Below are positions 45,101 through 60,522 of a stretch of 64,000 nucleotides of DNA, one piece after another. Every line of letters begins with the position of its first letter. Position 1 is the first letter of the stretch. Below the pieces are notes generated by a model. It made no database searches and was not told the origin of the DNA. It saw nothing but the letters and a program-made list of their open reading frames with translations. The position numbers were made by a program, and so were the translations under genes. Location: positions 404,302,001 through 404,366,000 of the forward strand of contig OZ024740.1 in NCBI GenBank assembly GCA_964016885.1, written 5' to 3'. Source of the stretch: Eledone cirrhosa. Taxonomy: Eukaryota.

Positions 45101-46322
45101 TCTTCTGGTAAGGATATAATCTACCTGGCTTGTGTGTTCCCCCGATCTATAGGTGATCAAGTGATTGTCTCGTTTTTTGAAGTTAGTGTTACAGATAGTT
45201 AAGTTATTTGCGTCGCAGAATTCCAGGATTCTGGAGCCTTCCTCATTTCTAGTACCGAACCCATAGCCTCCATGGATTCCGTCATAGCCGTCACAATGTT
45301 GTCCAACGTGACCATTTAGGTCGCCTGCAATAACTATATAGTCACTGTCGGTTATTTGGGAGGTAGCGAGCATCAGTGTCTCGTAGAATCTGTCTTTTAT
45401 AGCGCCGGGCAGTCCGGATTGGGGTGCGTACGCAGATATTACTGTCACCGTAGTTTTATTGAGGACAAGTCTTATTTTAATTATTCTGTCGTTCACTCTA
45501 TTTACGTCTATTATCTTATCTGCCCACTTTTCTGCTACCATGATTCCTACCCCACCCAACCCATTGTCATTTCCCACCCAGAAAAGCTTATAGCATCGTT
45601 CTTTACCCACGATGAATCTAGCCGACCCTCCCCTCCACCTGGTCTCTTGAATACAACAAACATCGACCTCCTTACGTTCAAGCATTTCTACAACCTCGTT
45701 AGAGCGACCCTTTAAGGTGCCTACATTCATGGTACCAACTCTGAAGTTTTGGATTGCGTTTGGAGGGTGGGAGCGGTGGGGCGCGGGAGGGGGGGGGGGG
45801 GTTATGTTAGCCATCCTGGGCCGAAACAAGGAGGAGTGCTTGCATTCTCGTCCACGAGGTGAATTTGGCTTTATTTTTGGCATTGTCGCTGAGCGTCCAC
45901 ATTTTTCTCTCTTCAACTCTCCAGAATTCCGTAGTCCATCCATCATATCGAAAAGCAACCAGTTAAGCGATAGTATGGGCCTCTGACTTATGATTGGTCC
46001 ACGTAATAATGGTGGTGCGTGGGGGCGGGTGGGAGGGATGATGGGTTGTTAGCGAGAATGTAAGGTTTAAGATAAGATCGCCGTATTTTGGGCATAATTT
46101 AACAATAAACGAAAATACAAGATTTGTTTTGTTTAAGAAAATACGATAGAGAAAATGCGGTGATAGGGAAAATATGATTTTTAGAGAAAAAATATGATAT
46201 AGAATGGTGAAAATATGATATAGTGTGAAATTAGGACATAGAATAGTAATTGAATGAATGGGTTCGAATGGAGAGAAGAATCGAGAAAAATATTTGAACG
46301 TTACTTTATACCAAAGGAACCG
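42199..46322 (-). mobile_element. Near full-length RTE LINE (APE, RT, PHD-like finger) with one nonsense codon
   Basis: ORFs 45958-44342 and 44329-42710 share a frame and are split by TAG (AAG in the sister copy); CIQETRW, GDLNGHVG, YADD; (GAT)n tail. Confidence 0.95.
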
Positions 46323-46344
46323 ATATATATATATACATATATAC

Positions 46345-46395
<51 letters not shown>

Positions 46396-46810
46396 CACAT
46401 ATATATACATATACATATATACATATATATACACATATATATACATATACATATATACATATATATACACATATATATACATATATATATATATACATAT
46501 ATACACACATATATATACATATATATATATATACATATATACATATATATATACACATATATATACACATATATATACATATATATATACATATATATAT
46601 ACATATATATATACATATATATATACATATACATATATATACATATACATATATATATACATATATATACATATACATATACATATATATATACATATAC
46701 ATATACATATATATATACATATATACATATATATACAGATATATATATACATATATATATATATACACAGATATATATATACATATATATATATATACAC
46801 AGATATATAC

Positions 46811-48947
46811 ATAACTTTGAATAACTTTGAAATGTTTTGGCCAGTATTGGCCCAGGCCATGTCTAACTTAATAGCACCACCTGGCGAAGTCTTTCAATTC
46901 AGGATTTGGGCACCATGGCCCATTCGAGAAGAGAATTACTGTTTGCGGAGACATATCCGGGTGTGGGTGGTTTGTCCGGGATTACTTGGAGGAATTTGTC
47001 CAAAGACTTCTTGAATTTTGTGTGGTCAGTTTCTGTTTTGACGTGTCCTGGTGTGATGTTGAAGAGAGCAGGGCCGATTGAGGTGAAATAATTGTGCCGT
47101 ATTGTTGTTATGAGTTGCGATTTAGATTTTTGAATGGGACGGATAGCACGGGGCCCAAGCCTTGGGTGTATCTTGAAGGCGATGCCAACATCATTTGGGC
47201 AGTGATGATGGAACATTTTCCACATCATGCAGATAATATAACGCTCACGGCGACGTTGGAGTGAGTAAAGTTTCAGGTTTTCCAATCGACCCCAGTAGTC
47301 AAGGTCTGACATGCCATCTATCTTTTTCGTGATTGCCCTTTGAGGAGCTTCAAGTTTCATGATACTTTGTTTCGTGTGGGGAGACCACAGTGGACAACAG
47401 TATTCAAGGTGTGGTCGGGCGAAAGTAGAGAAGAGAAGGATAATGGTGCGGGAATCTCTCGACTGGAAGGTTCTGAGGATCCAGGAACACATTCTGCGGG
47501 CCATGTCAACTTTGCTGCTTATATGCGTGGTCCAGCTTATGTTGCTGTCCACGGTTACTCCCAAGTCTCTGATGTTGTTAGATGCCACGAGAGTTTCCCC
47601 GGAGGGAAGGGAGTACGGGAGTTTCAGAGCATCCTCTTTTCCAAAGTGGATCAGTTCGAATTTATCTTCGTTCAGTAACATGTTGTTCTTTTCTGCCCAT
47701 TGGGTAACAGCCAGTAGGTCTGACTGAAGGCTTATCCGGTCATCCACGCCATTGATGACCTTTTGGAACTTGGAATCATCAGCGAAAATTTTAATGTTGC
47801 TGTGTTTGATGATGTCAGTGATGTCATTAATATAGATGATGAAGAGAAGTGGGCCCAACACAGTGCCTTGTGGGACTCCACTACTGACTTTGGCTGGGCT
47901 TGATTTGACTCCCTCAACTACAACATGTTGGGTTCTGTTTGACAGGAAGCTCTTGATCCACTGCAGCAGCTTTCCAGTGACACCAATATTGGACAGCTTT
48001 CTCAGTAGAATGTTATGATCAACCCTGTCAAAGGCCTTGCTGAAATCAAGGTAGATAACATCAGTGTTGGAACCCTCTCCCAAGGCTCTCAAAATGTCAT
48101 CAAAGTGATGCAGTAGTTGCGTCAGGCAATCCCTTCCATTACGGAATCCATGCTGGTTGGAGTTCAGCATATTGTTACTCTCAAGGAAGTGGGTCATTCG
48201 CGATCTCACCACTCGCTCAAATACCTTAATGATATGAGAGGTGAGTGAGATTGGACGGTAATTCACGGCAAGGGATTTGTTTCCCTTTTTGAAAACTGGG
48301 ACAACAGACTGGGATAGAAGGTTTTCTGGCACATATCCAGCATCCAGTGAGTTCCGCCACAGATTGGCAAGAGGAGAAGCAAGTTGGTGTTGACACGCCT
48401 TCAAGACACAAGCAGGGAACCTATCGGGACCTACTGCTGAATTATGCTTGATTTCCTTTATTGCCGCCAAGACATCAGGGGCGCCAAACGTTATGTCCGA
48501 TAAGGTGTAATGGGGAGTAACATCGCCGATACAGCCCAGATCGGCCATATCAGGATTGCTGAAAACAGAGCAGTATTGTTTCTGCAGTATCTCACCCATG
48601 GTTTTAGCATTGTCTTGAAGAGTGCCATTTTCATCAATTAGAGGGCCAACAGTAGAGCCAGTGATTTTGTGTTTTTTTGCAAATGAAAAGAACACTTTGG
48701 GATTGAGTTTGATCTTCTCAATGGCCCAGGCCTCTTCAGCTCTTCTCTGATTGTTGATGAGGGACATTATGTTGTTTTGGAGGTTATGTTTTTTAATCTC
48801 TAGTGATGAAATGGCAGTCAAGTTGATGTGTTGCTGCTGACAGTATTTCAGCTTGTTGATTTTTTTGTTCGTTCTCTTAATTTTTCTGATGAGTGTTTTT
48901 CTATTTCTAGGGATTCTGCTCTTAGATTTGTTTATAGTTCTTAATGG
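46811..48947 (-). mobile_element. 5'-truncated CR1-like LINE with an open RT ORF
   Basis: [44 protein letters not shown]...NSLLEW; (TTCAAAGTTA)n tail. Confidence 0.92.
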
Positions 48948-48976
48948 TATATATATATAAACATATATATATATAC

Positions 48977-49009
<33 letters not shown>

Positions 49010-49034
49010 CATATAAACATATATATATATACAC

Positions 49035-49071
<37 letters not shown>

Positions 49072-49522
49072 AACATATATATATATAAACATATATATAT
49101 ATACATATATATATATACATACATATATATATATACATATATATATATACACATATATATACATATATATATATACACATATATATACATATATATATAT
49201 ATACATATACATACATATATATACATATACATATATATATATATACAGATATATACAGATATATATATACATATATATATATATACACACAGATATATAT
49301 ATACATATATATATATATACACACAGATATATATATACATATATATATACATACATATATATATACATATATATATATATACATATATATATACATATAT
49401 ATATATATACATATATATATACATATATATATACATATATATATACATATATATATACATATATATATACATATATATATATATACATATATATATACAT
49501 ATATATATACATATATATATAC

Positions 49523-49649
<127 letters not shown>

Positions 49650-49674
49650 CATATATATATACATATATATATAC

Positions 49675-49737
<63 letters not shown>

Positions 49738-49746
49738 CATATATAC

Positions 49747-49891
<145 letters not shown>

Positions 49892-49920
49892 CATATATAT
49901 ATATACATATATATATATAC

Positions 49921-50001
<81 letters not shown>

Positions 50002-50040
50002 CATATATATACATATACATATATATACATATACATATAT

Positions 50041-50124
50041 ATAGGAACAAGTAAGACCCCGACGGCTGAGCTCAAGCCGTTGAAACGGCTTGAGCTCAGC
50101 CGTCGGGGTCTTACTTGTTCCTAT
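50041..50124. repeat. Perfect 41-bp-stem palindrome made from the 3' half of a hammerhead
   Basis: ataggaacaagtaagaccccgacggctgagctcaagccgtt GA aacggc...cctat; right arm reads GAAA-CGGCT tgagctc AGCCG-TC-ggggt. Confidence 0.88.
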
Positions 50125-50601
50125 TACCCACTCTACTACCCTAAGTATTGAGTACTTTGGTGCGTTATGGTCCACCTGGTTCCTTACATTTCCTTCGTTA
50201 TATATATATATACACATATATATATATACATATATACATACATATATATATATATAGACATATATATATACATATAGACATATATATATAGACATATATA
50301 TATACATATAGACATATATATATATACACATATATACACATATAGACATATATATATATACACATATATACACATATAGACATATATATATATACACATA
50401 TAGACATATATATATATATACACATATAGACATATATATATATACACATATAGACATATATATATATATACACATATAGACATATATATATATACACATA
50501 TAGACATATATATATATACACATATATACACATATAGACATATATATATATACACATATAGACATATATATATGTCTATATGTATGTCTATATATATATA
50601 T

Positions 50602-50633
<32 letters not shown>

Positions 50634-50666
50634 GTATACATATATATATATATATATGTATACATA

Positions 50667-50746
<80 letters not shown>

Positions 50747-50766
50747 TCTATATACATATATCTATA

Positions 50767-50798
<32 letters not shown>

Positions 50799-50806
50799 CA
50801 TATATC

Positions 50807-50838
<32 letters not shown>

Positions 50839-50951
50839 CATATATATATATACACATATATATATATACATATATATATATACATATATATATATACATA
50901 TATATATATACATATATCTATATATATATACATATATTTATATATATATAC

Positions 50952-51002
<51 letters not shown>

Positions 51003-51080
51003 CATATAGACATATATATATATACATATATACACATATACATATAGACATATATATATATACATATATACACATATACA

Positions 51081-51128
<48 letters not shown>

Positions 51129-51578
51129 CATATATATATATAGACATATATATATACATATATACAGACATATATATATATACATATAAACAGACATATA
51201 TATATATATATACACATATGCAGACATATATATATATACATATATACAGACATATATATATATACATATATACAGACATATATATATATATATACATATA
51301 TACAGACATATATATATATATATACATATATACAGACATATATATATATATATACATATATACAGACATATATATATATATACATATATACAGACATATA
51401 TATATATATACATATATACAGACATATATATATATATACACATATACAGACATATATATACATATATATATACACATATACAGACATATATATATATATA
51501 CACATATACAGACATATACATATATATATACACATATACAGACATATATATATATATATATATATAGAAACGAGTAGG

Positions 51579-51674
51579 ACTCCGACGGCTGAGCTCAAGC
51601 CGTTTCGACGGCTAATTCTGGACTAAATGAAAATGTTTATCCTGGTATATGAATAGCCGAGCTTCTCGGGGGGT
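51579..51674 (-). ncRNA. Decayed hammerhead (core CCGAGAA) of the same family as 50041-50124
   Basis: Reverse strand reads acccc-CCGAGAA-gct cggcta...tagccg tc-GAAA-CGGCT tgagctc AGCCG-TC-ggagt. Confidence 0.55.
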
Positions 51675-51978
51675 AATTCCATATATGGTAAAAGTGATTG
51701 TCACAAGGATTGGTCAAAAGTTTGTTGTTGAGTCACATAATTCTATCTTGGCAATTTGTGGAATTCTCGGTATTTTTCTATATATTTAGCCTATATTGTT
51801 TTACTTATAGTTTCGACTTCCTCCCCCTCCCCTTCCCTAGTATATTTCCTTGACCTCCCGCCCTGCTGTAGTTGGCACTATCAACGCACGACTGGGTTTC
51901 CTCCACCCCCTCTCCCTCTTTCTTCTACTGGCAGGTTCAGCTACCCCTTCCTTCCACAAATTGCCATGATAGAATTAT

Positions 51979-54435
51979 GTGTCTCAACAACAAACTTTTG
52001 ACATTCCTATACCTTCGGAAGATGTCTACATGGACCTATTACTAAAGCAGACTAACAATTTCATCAGGAGGATCCGTTGGAGGGCCTACCACTACAACAA
52101 CAGGAGGGCCCCTGGATCAATTGACAATTTCACCAACCACATAAAAAGACTTTTCAAATCAACGAAAAACCCACCGCACAACCCACTCCTTGAGGAGTTT
52201 GAGAGCAGGATCATTACCATGATCCGGACAATTAGATTCAGGAAACCACCGCGAAACCCTGACAGAAGTGCATTCCTGTCCGGGCTCGCCTCAACCTTAA
52301 AAAGGATCAAGAATAGCACTGGAATTATTGTACCAGCGGATAAAACTGGAAACCTATATAATTTAGAGTACAAAACCTACAACAAATGCATTACAAACGA
52401 AATCTCTAAAATATACAAAACATCAACACGAGAAAACCTAGCACACATAAACAAACAGGCGAAAACAATAATGACCGAACTGAGTATTGACGACAGGACC
52501 TTTCCTTACAACCCTAGGACACCGAGACTATCCATTAAAGACCATAAACCGGACTTCCAGTCAAAAATACCAGTCAGGCTCATAGCCCCTTCCAAATCGG
52601 ACCTTGGTAGACTTAGCAAATCAATCATTGACCGAACTTTACCTAAACTTAAGATTAGAACTAAACTCAGCCTATGGTCTTGTACAAAGGAGGTAATAGA
52701 CTGGTTTTGTGCCATTGAAACTAAGTCGAATATTCGATTAGTCCAATTGGACATTACGAACTACTACGCATCTATATCCCCAATCATCCTTAACAAGGCA
52801 CTGATCTCAGCCATGAACAGATCAAGCCTCACTAGAAGAGAAGTAGACATAATAATAATAGCTAGGAAAACTTTACTAGAATTCGACAGAAGACTATGGG
52901 AACGACAGAATAGACCAGATAGCTTTGACATCACCATGGGATCGACCGACTCTGCACAGGTTACAGATGTAGTAGTCATATACCTCCTAAACATATTAAC
53001 GGACGAGATCCCCTCCTTGGGCGGTGGCTTATACCGGGATGATGCCCTACTATTGACCCTTGGACTTAATAACAGCCAATTGAATAGAATACACAAACGA
53101 CTTAGGTACATCTTTAATACCCAAGGTTTAGCAGTAGAAATTGAACCTAACAATAGGACAGTTAACTTCTTAGACGTCACCCTAGAATTAGACTCAGGCC
53201 TCTACCGTCCATACCACAAACCTAATGAAAATTTTAGATACGTCAATAGACACTCCAACCACCCTAGGAGCATAATTAACTCTATAGTTAAAAGTGTCTC
53301 CAACAGAGTGTCCACACTGTCGGCCAACGAAAACATCTTCAAGCAGCACGTGGAATACTATGACTCCGCACTTATAAACGCTGGTTATACTGAGATTTCT
53401 TACATCAACCCAAATAGAACCGTAACACAGCTAAACATAGCAGGACCCTTAGAAACGAACTTAGAAGAAACCTCCACACCTAGGACACACAATAACCTTA
53501 GACGCTCCCTAGCCGGCAGCGCAGACAGCACCACACATAACTGTCTCGGAGATAAAGCCATACTCTCCAGCCCCAATAACAACTCCGACTATCGCACACG
53601 TTTGCGTACCAATAGAGACAAGGGACATAACGCCAGTAGATTACCTGGAACCTATTTGAAACATACGCCTGACCAAAACACTCACAAACTACCACCCAAC
53701 CACAAAAACCTCACTAAACAACGCATAAACCGAAGTAGACCTGTCACGTGGTATAACCCCCCCTATTCTATACACGTCGCCACTAACATACCGGGAACCT
53801 TTTTCAGGGCTCTCGAACAATCTTTTCCACACACACACAAATACCAGCAAAAATACGAAAACACATGGTTTCCCCTCAACAAACCACCACCACAACCCAG
53901 AACGAAACCACACACACAACACAACACAACAACACCGCATGACACCAACCGCCATCGTGCCACCACACCGGTTACACCCAAATGCAACTGTAAAAAATGA
54001 GCCGAATGCTCACTAAACGGGGAGTGCTTCGTTAAGAATATTGTTTACCGGTGTGATGTCACAGCCGGCAATAAGGAGTACTCATATATAGGTGCAACAT
54101 CCACTACGTTTAAGGAGCGCTGGTATAACCACAGAAGCTCCTTCAAACATAGATCGAAACGACCCCAAACAAAACTGGCCGACTTGATCTGGGACCTCAA
54201 GGACAGGAATATTGAACCCCAGATTTCGTGGTCAGTAAAAAGACGCGTGGCATATATCCCCAGTGACAGAAACCACTGCAGATTATGCCTAGCTGAGGCG
54301 GCGGAAATAATTAAATTAAATTCCGCCATAAACTATAGGTCGGACATAATTGTCAATTGCAGACACACTAGGATGAACACCTTTTCTGCACAAACATTCG
54401 CAGGAGGGCCATGCACTAACCATGACCCACCATAA
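51979..54435 (+). pseudogene. Penelope-like RT and GIY-YIG ORF with an in-frame TGA at 53998 and a probable short internal deletion
   Basis: DIPIPS...IRRIRWRA, PADKTGN, GGLYRDD, VNFLDV, WYNPPYS, CNC...IVY...YIGATSTTFKERWYNH; related to the PLEs at 1600 and 4430; 3' region extends to about 55680. Confidence 0.9.
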
Positions 54436-55022
54436 TAATAACCACATCTGCCCCGTATCACCATCGCCCATCTCAACGAATTTTAATTCTAATCTTACTT
54501 TACTTTATCTTATTTTATTGTATTGCATTTAACCATATGTAAGCCTGTATTTTGTATATCACGCCGCATACATAACCCACACCAAAAATCACACTAACCA
54601 TGACACACCATATTAATAACCACCTATACCCCGTCTCAACATCGCCCACCTCAATGAACTTATTGTATTGTACTCCATGTAACCATTTCTAAGCCCGGAT
54701 GTGTATATCATGCCGCACACATCACCACCACCACCACCAAAATTCACATCAACATACACACCTCATCGTTGCAACATCGTATTAGATCGGTATCCTATGA
54801 TAGGTTCTACCCTGCAATCCACAATGACAAGGGACCTTGTAAATACAATGTCGATCATATCACACCATCGCCACCACCACCACACCACACATCGTCATAT
54901 GCCTACCATACACACCTACAACCGCATCCCCCCATGTTCCGTATATGGGTTAATCTGACTATATGTGTAGGTATGTGCATGTATGTGTGTATGTGCGTGT
55001 ATATCTGTGTGTTGTCTGTGCA

Positions 55023-55090
<68 letters not shown>

Positions 55091-55772
55091 TGTGTGTGTG
55101 TATGTATATATATGCGTGAGTATACGTGTGTGTGAGTGTGTATGTGTATATTTTGTATACGCGAGTGAGTCCATGTACCCATACCCATATGTGTGTATGG
55201 GTATATGTATGTGTATGTATATATGTAAAACACCTACATTGCCTCTCACCTTCCCCCCCATCTCCGTCGTTCGCCACCCCCACCGATCATCCCCCACTCT
55301 CCATATTCGTGTCCACATGCGCACACGCACATACATTTGTGTACATATACATATGGCTGTGTGTGAGCGAGTGTCGATATGTGTGGGCAAGGATGTGCGT
55401 ATGTGTTTTGTGGTGGGTGTGTTTATACAACAATATGTGTGCACATATATACATATATATGTGTGCGTATACGTATATACAAAGAATCTGTCAGACGAAG
55501 AGCGCCTAGCTATGTATCTAAGTAATGGCCTTGACGCCACCAATACATCCGCCACACCACCACAAACGCCGCTACCATAGACAGCGGCACCAATACTACA
55601 CCCCCACACACACTCCAACCCGTCTACTGACAATCCACTAACCTCATACCACAGCCCATCCCACTAAGTAACCATAACCGCCAATATGTCTGTATATATA
55701 TGTATATATATATATGTCTGTATATATATGTATATATATGTATGTCTGTATATATATGTATATATATATATA

Positions 55773-55835
<63 letters not shown>

Positions 55836-55930
55836 GTCTGTATATATATATATATATATATATGTCTGTATATATATATATATATATATATTTCTGTATA
55901 TATATATATATATATGTCTGTGTATATATA

Positions 55931-58900
55931 TATCATCATCATCATCATCATCAACGTTTAACGTCCGTGTTCCATGCTTGCATGGGTTTGGACGGGGGTA
56001 GTCTCACTTGAGGCAAGAGTGATTGTCTTGCTCGCATAGGACTGTCTGGCAGGTTTTCTACAGTTGGATGCCCTTCCTAACACCAACCACATTTACAGTG
56101 TGGGTCTGGGAGGTTTTTACCGTGTTGCCTACACGGCCACATTACAGCGTGGACTGTGTGTTTTTTGGTCGTGACACCTACACGATCTCATTTGTTTCGG
56201 CCTGAATGGCGCGGCACCAACATAACTTTACATAGAACGGGGTGGTGTGGATGGGGTGGGGGTGGTGGCGGGACGGGGTGTATTTTGTTAGAGATGCCTA
56301 CTGGCAAGGCGGGTCTTCTCTGTTACTGAGTACCGCCAAAGGTCTCGGTCCAGTGACATTGTCTTGGAGAGGTGTAAGTGTGTGATGTCGGAGTTTATCA
56401 GCTCGTCCCATGTTTTTCTAGGTCTGCCTATTCCGTGACTACCGTCTATCTTTATTGCCCTTCACTTTGTTATACAGCTATCGACTTTCATGCGCATCAC
56501 GTGTCCATACCAACGTAGCCTTCTCTCGAGTAAACAACATCTGATCCCTCTTATCTCTAATTTTTTCCTTAGTTCGTTTATGCTTTGCCGTTCACGTATA
56601 TTACTGTTACACATCCAGCGGAGCATGCAAGCTTCGTTCCTCTCTAGTCTGCGTATATCCTCTGCACACAATGCCCAGGTCTCACTGCCATGCAACATTG
56701 CTGTTCGTATGCAGGCATCGTACAACCTGCCTTTCATTTTTAGGGAGAACCCTTTAGCAGCTAATAGTGGTATAAGCTCTCTGAACTTTTTCCAACCAGT
56801 TCTGACTCTAGCTACAGTACTTTCAGAGCACCCTCCCCCACTGCTGATTTTATCGACCAGGTAACGGAAGCTGTCCACTATTTCTATAGAACCCTCTGCG
56901 CAATTGAAAGAGCTAGTATTTTGTGGGCACTTGCTGCTACTTATTGCACCAGAACACCGGCCACATGTAAAATCTATGTTCTTAGTTAGCTTACCTGTGA
57001 TCCCACTACATCTTTTATGCACCCATACTTTGCATTTAGGACATAAAATGGAGTTTCTACCTACGCCTTTCCTACACACCGAGCACGACCATTTCCCAGA
57101 AGGGACTGCCGCCTTGTTTTCTTTCCTACAAACTAGAACTTTGGTCTTAGCCAGGTTAATTTTAAGTCCTTTTGACTCTAGGCCGTGCTTCCATGTTTGG
57201 AATTTTTTCTCTAGCTCGGCCATTGATTCCGCTATGAGTGTCAGGTCGTCTGCGTATAGGAGTTCCCATGGGCAGCCTGTCTTGAACTCCTCTGTTATAG
57301 CCTGAAGGGCAATAATAAATAGTAGGGGGCTGAGAACAGAGCCCTGATGGACGCCAACTTTTACGCTAAACTCTTCACTATATTCGTTGTTAATTCTAAC
57401 CTTGCTGACTGTTTCTTTATACATGGCTTGTATAGCCCTCACAAGCCATTCGTCAACGGCTAGTTTTCTAAGAGCCCACCAGATAATGGAGCGGGGGACT
57501 CTGTCGAAGGCTTTCTCCAAGTCGACAAAAGCTAAGTAGAGGGGTTTACCTTTAGCTAGGTACTTCTCCTGTAGTTGTCGTACTATGAAAAGAGCGTCTG
57601 TGGTACTTTTTCCTGACACAAACCCGAACTGCATTTCATCTAGGTCAATTCTCTCTCTGATTAGTTGCGCTATTACTTTTTCCGTGACCTTCATGACCTG
57701 GTCGATTAATTTAATGCCTCTATAGTTACTCCTATCTAGGGCGTCTCCTTTACCCTTATAACAGTTAACGATGATGCTGCTATGCCAGTCCTTCGGAACA
57801 ACCCCATTCTGTACGACTTGGTTAACTATGCGGGTGACCATGGTGTGTCCCACCGTGCCAGATGCCTTCAGCATCTCAGCAACTATTTCCGAAAGCCCAG
57901 CCGCCTTACCCGTCTTCATATCCTTGATTGCCTTACTTATTATACTCCCCTCGACTAACACTGCTGGTCCCTCTATTGGGTCGATATGGGGGAGACTGTC
58001 TTTCTCCCATTTATTCTCCTCATTTAGTAGCCTTTCATAGTGACACTTCCAAGCTACCTTCTTATCAGTGTCGGTGATGGCAAGTATGCCATCATCGTTA
58101 AGTACACACTTCTCCCCGACAATATCACGGTTTTCCTTGACGCATTGCCTAGCAATCCTGAACACCTCACGTTTTTGGTCATCGTGTTGTAGAACATGCT
58201 TGAACTTTCTTTCCTCAGCTTCCCTTCTTGCTAAGTACACTTCTCTCCTAGCTTCCCTCCTGGCCACTTGATAGTCTACTCTACTTCCCCCATCCCGCCA
58301 TACTTTCGAAGCCTGCTTTTTGGCCTTAATTGACCCCTCCACCTTACTGTTCCACCACCATGTTACTCTCCTCCTGCCTACAGGCCTGCTCCAGCCACAG
58401 ACTTCGTCTGTCGCCAACAGCAGGTTTGCTTTCAGAAATTCCCACTGTCCCTCTATATTGTCCGACTCTAAATGTTCTTCCCTACTGTCGAAAGCATCAA
58501 GTAATATGCTTTGAAATTTATTTCTGGCTGTGGGGTCCTTTAGCTTCCATATTTTTCTCCTGAGGATAGTCCTCTTCCGCTGTCGAGTACGTCTCGTCCT
58601 GACTATGAGGTCGCTAATTATCAGTCTATGTTGGGAGGTGCATTCTTCATGGGGGAGGGATTTAGTGTTTACAACAGACACTCTGTCACGTCTTCTGGTA
58701 AGGATATAATCTACCTGGCTTGTGTGTTCCCCGGATCTATAGGTGATCAGGTGAGTGTCACGTTTTTTGAAGTTAGTGTTACAGATAGTTAGGTTATTTG
58801 CATCACAGAATTCCAGGATTCTGGAGCCTTCCTCATTTCTAGTACCAAACCCATAGCCTCCATGGATTTCGTCGTAGCCGTCACAATGTTGTCCAACGTG

Positions 58901-60025
58901 ACCATTTAGGTCGCCTGCAATAATTATATAGTCACTGTCAGATATTTGGGAGGTAGTTAGCAACAGTGTCTCATAGAATCTGTCTTTTATAGTGCCGGGC
59001 AGTCCGGATTGGGGTGCGTACGCAGATATTACTGTCACCGTAGTTCTATTGAAGACAAGTCGTATTTTAATTATTCTGTCGTTCACTCTATTTACGTCTA
59101 TTATCTTATCTGCCCACTTTTCTGCTACCATGATTCCTACTCCACCCAGCCCATCGTCGTTTCCCACCCAGAAAAGCTTATAACATAGTTTTTTACCCTC
59201 AATGAATCTAGCAGACCCACCCCTCCACCTGGTCTCTTGAATACAACAAACATCGACCTCCTTACGTTCAAGCATTTCTACAACCTCGTTAGCGCGACCC
59301 TTTAGGGTGCCTACATTTATGGTACCAACTCTGAAGTTTTGGATTGCGTTTGGAGGGTGGGGGCGGTGGGGGGCGGGGGGAGATGGAGTTATGTTAGCCA
59401 TCCGCGGACGAAACAAAGAGGAGTGCTCGCATTCTCGTCCACGAGGTGAATTTGACTTTAACTTTGGCATCTTCGCTCTGAGCGTCCAGATTTTTCTCTC
59501 CCTTCCACTCTCCAGGATTCCGCAGTCCGTCCATCCATCCATCCATCCATCATATATCGAAGGCAACCGGGCAAGCGATAGTATAGGCCTCTGGCTTATG
59601 ATTGGTCCGCGTAATAATAATGGTGATGCGTGGGGGGGGGGGGGGCTCTGGCTTATAATAATAATGGTGATGCGTGGGGGGGGGGCTCTGGCTTATGATT
59701 GGTCCACGTATTAAGAATGGTGGTGTGTGGGGGCGGGTGGGAGGGGTGTGGGGTAGCTAGCTGGAAGGTTATGAATGTTTAACAAGCGATTAACAAAAAG
59801 CAAAACTGCAAGATTTGTTCTGTTCAATACGACAAAAACAACCGTATTTAAACCTAAATAAATAACAAAAAATACAGATTTCGGATTTTGCGAGATTGGA
59901 TGTTTGGACTATGTACGAAATTGAAGCGTGGAGTAGATAGAAAAATGTGTATGTTACGATTACATGGGTACACCGTAGTAGGAATAATTGAAGCAGCAAT
60001 GGATTGGCGAAAAGTGAATAAACAT
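55931..60025 (-). mobile_element. Near full-length RTE LINE, 1034-aa ORF ending at a TGA about 60 codons early
   Basis: ORF 59566-56462 (APE, RT, PHD-like finger), highly similar to 42199-46322; frame continues past TGA (GRPRKTWDE); (GAT)n tail. Confidence 0.95.
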
Positions 60026-60522
60026 AATATATATATAAATACATATATATATACATACATATATATATATACATACATACATATATAAATACATATATAT
60101 ATACATACATATATATATATACATACATACATATATACATACATACATATATATATACATACATACATATATATATACATACATATATATATATACATAC
60201 ATATATATATACATACATATATATATACATACATATATATATACATACATATATATATACATACATATATATATACATACATATATATATACATACATAC
60301 ATATATACATACATACATATATACATACATATATATATACATACATACATATATACATATATATATACATACATATATATATACATACATATATACATAC
60401 ATATATATATACATACATACATATATACATACATATATATATACATACATACATATATAGACATATATATATATACATACATATATATATATATAGACAT
60501 ATATATATACATACATATATAC

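Noticed and set aside
53998-54000. In-frame TGA in a PLE ORF as selenocysteine (as in Naiad PLEs)
   Set aside because: It aligns with Arg (CNCRDRSKC in the 3172-3849 homolog vs CNCKK*AEC), consistent with CGA-to-TGA decay; the endonuclease is C-terminal, unlike Naiads
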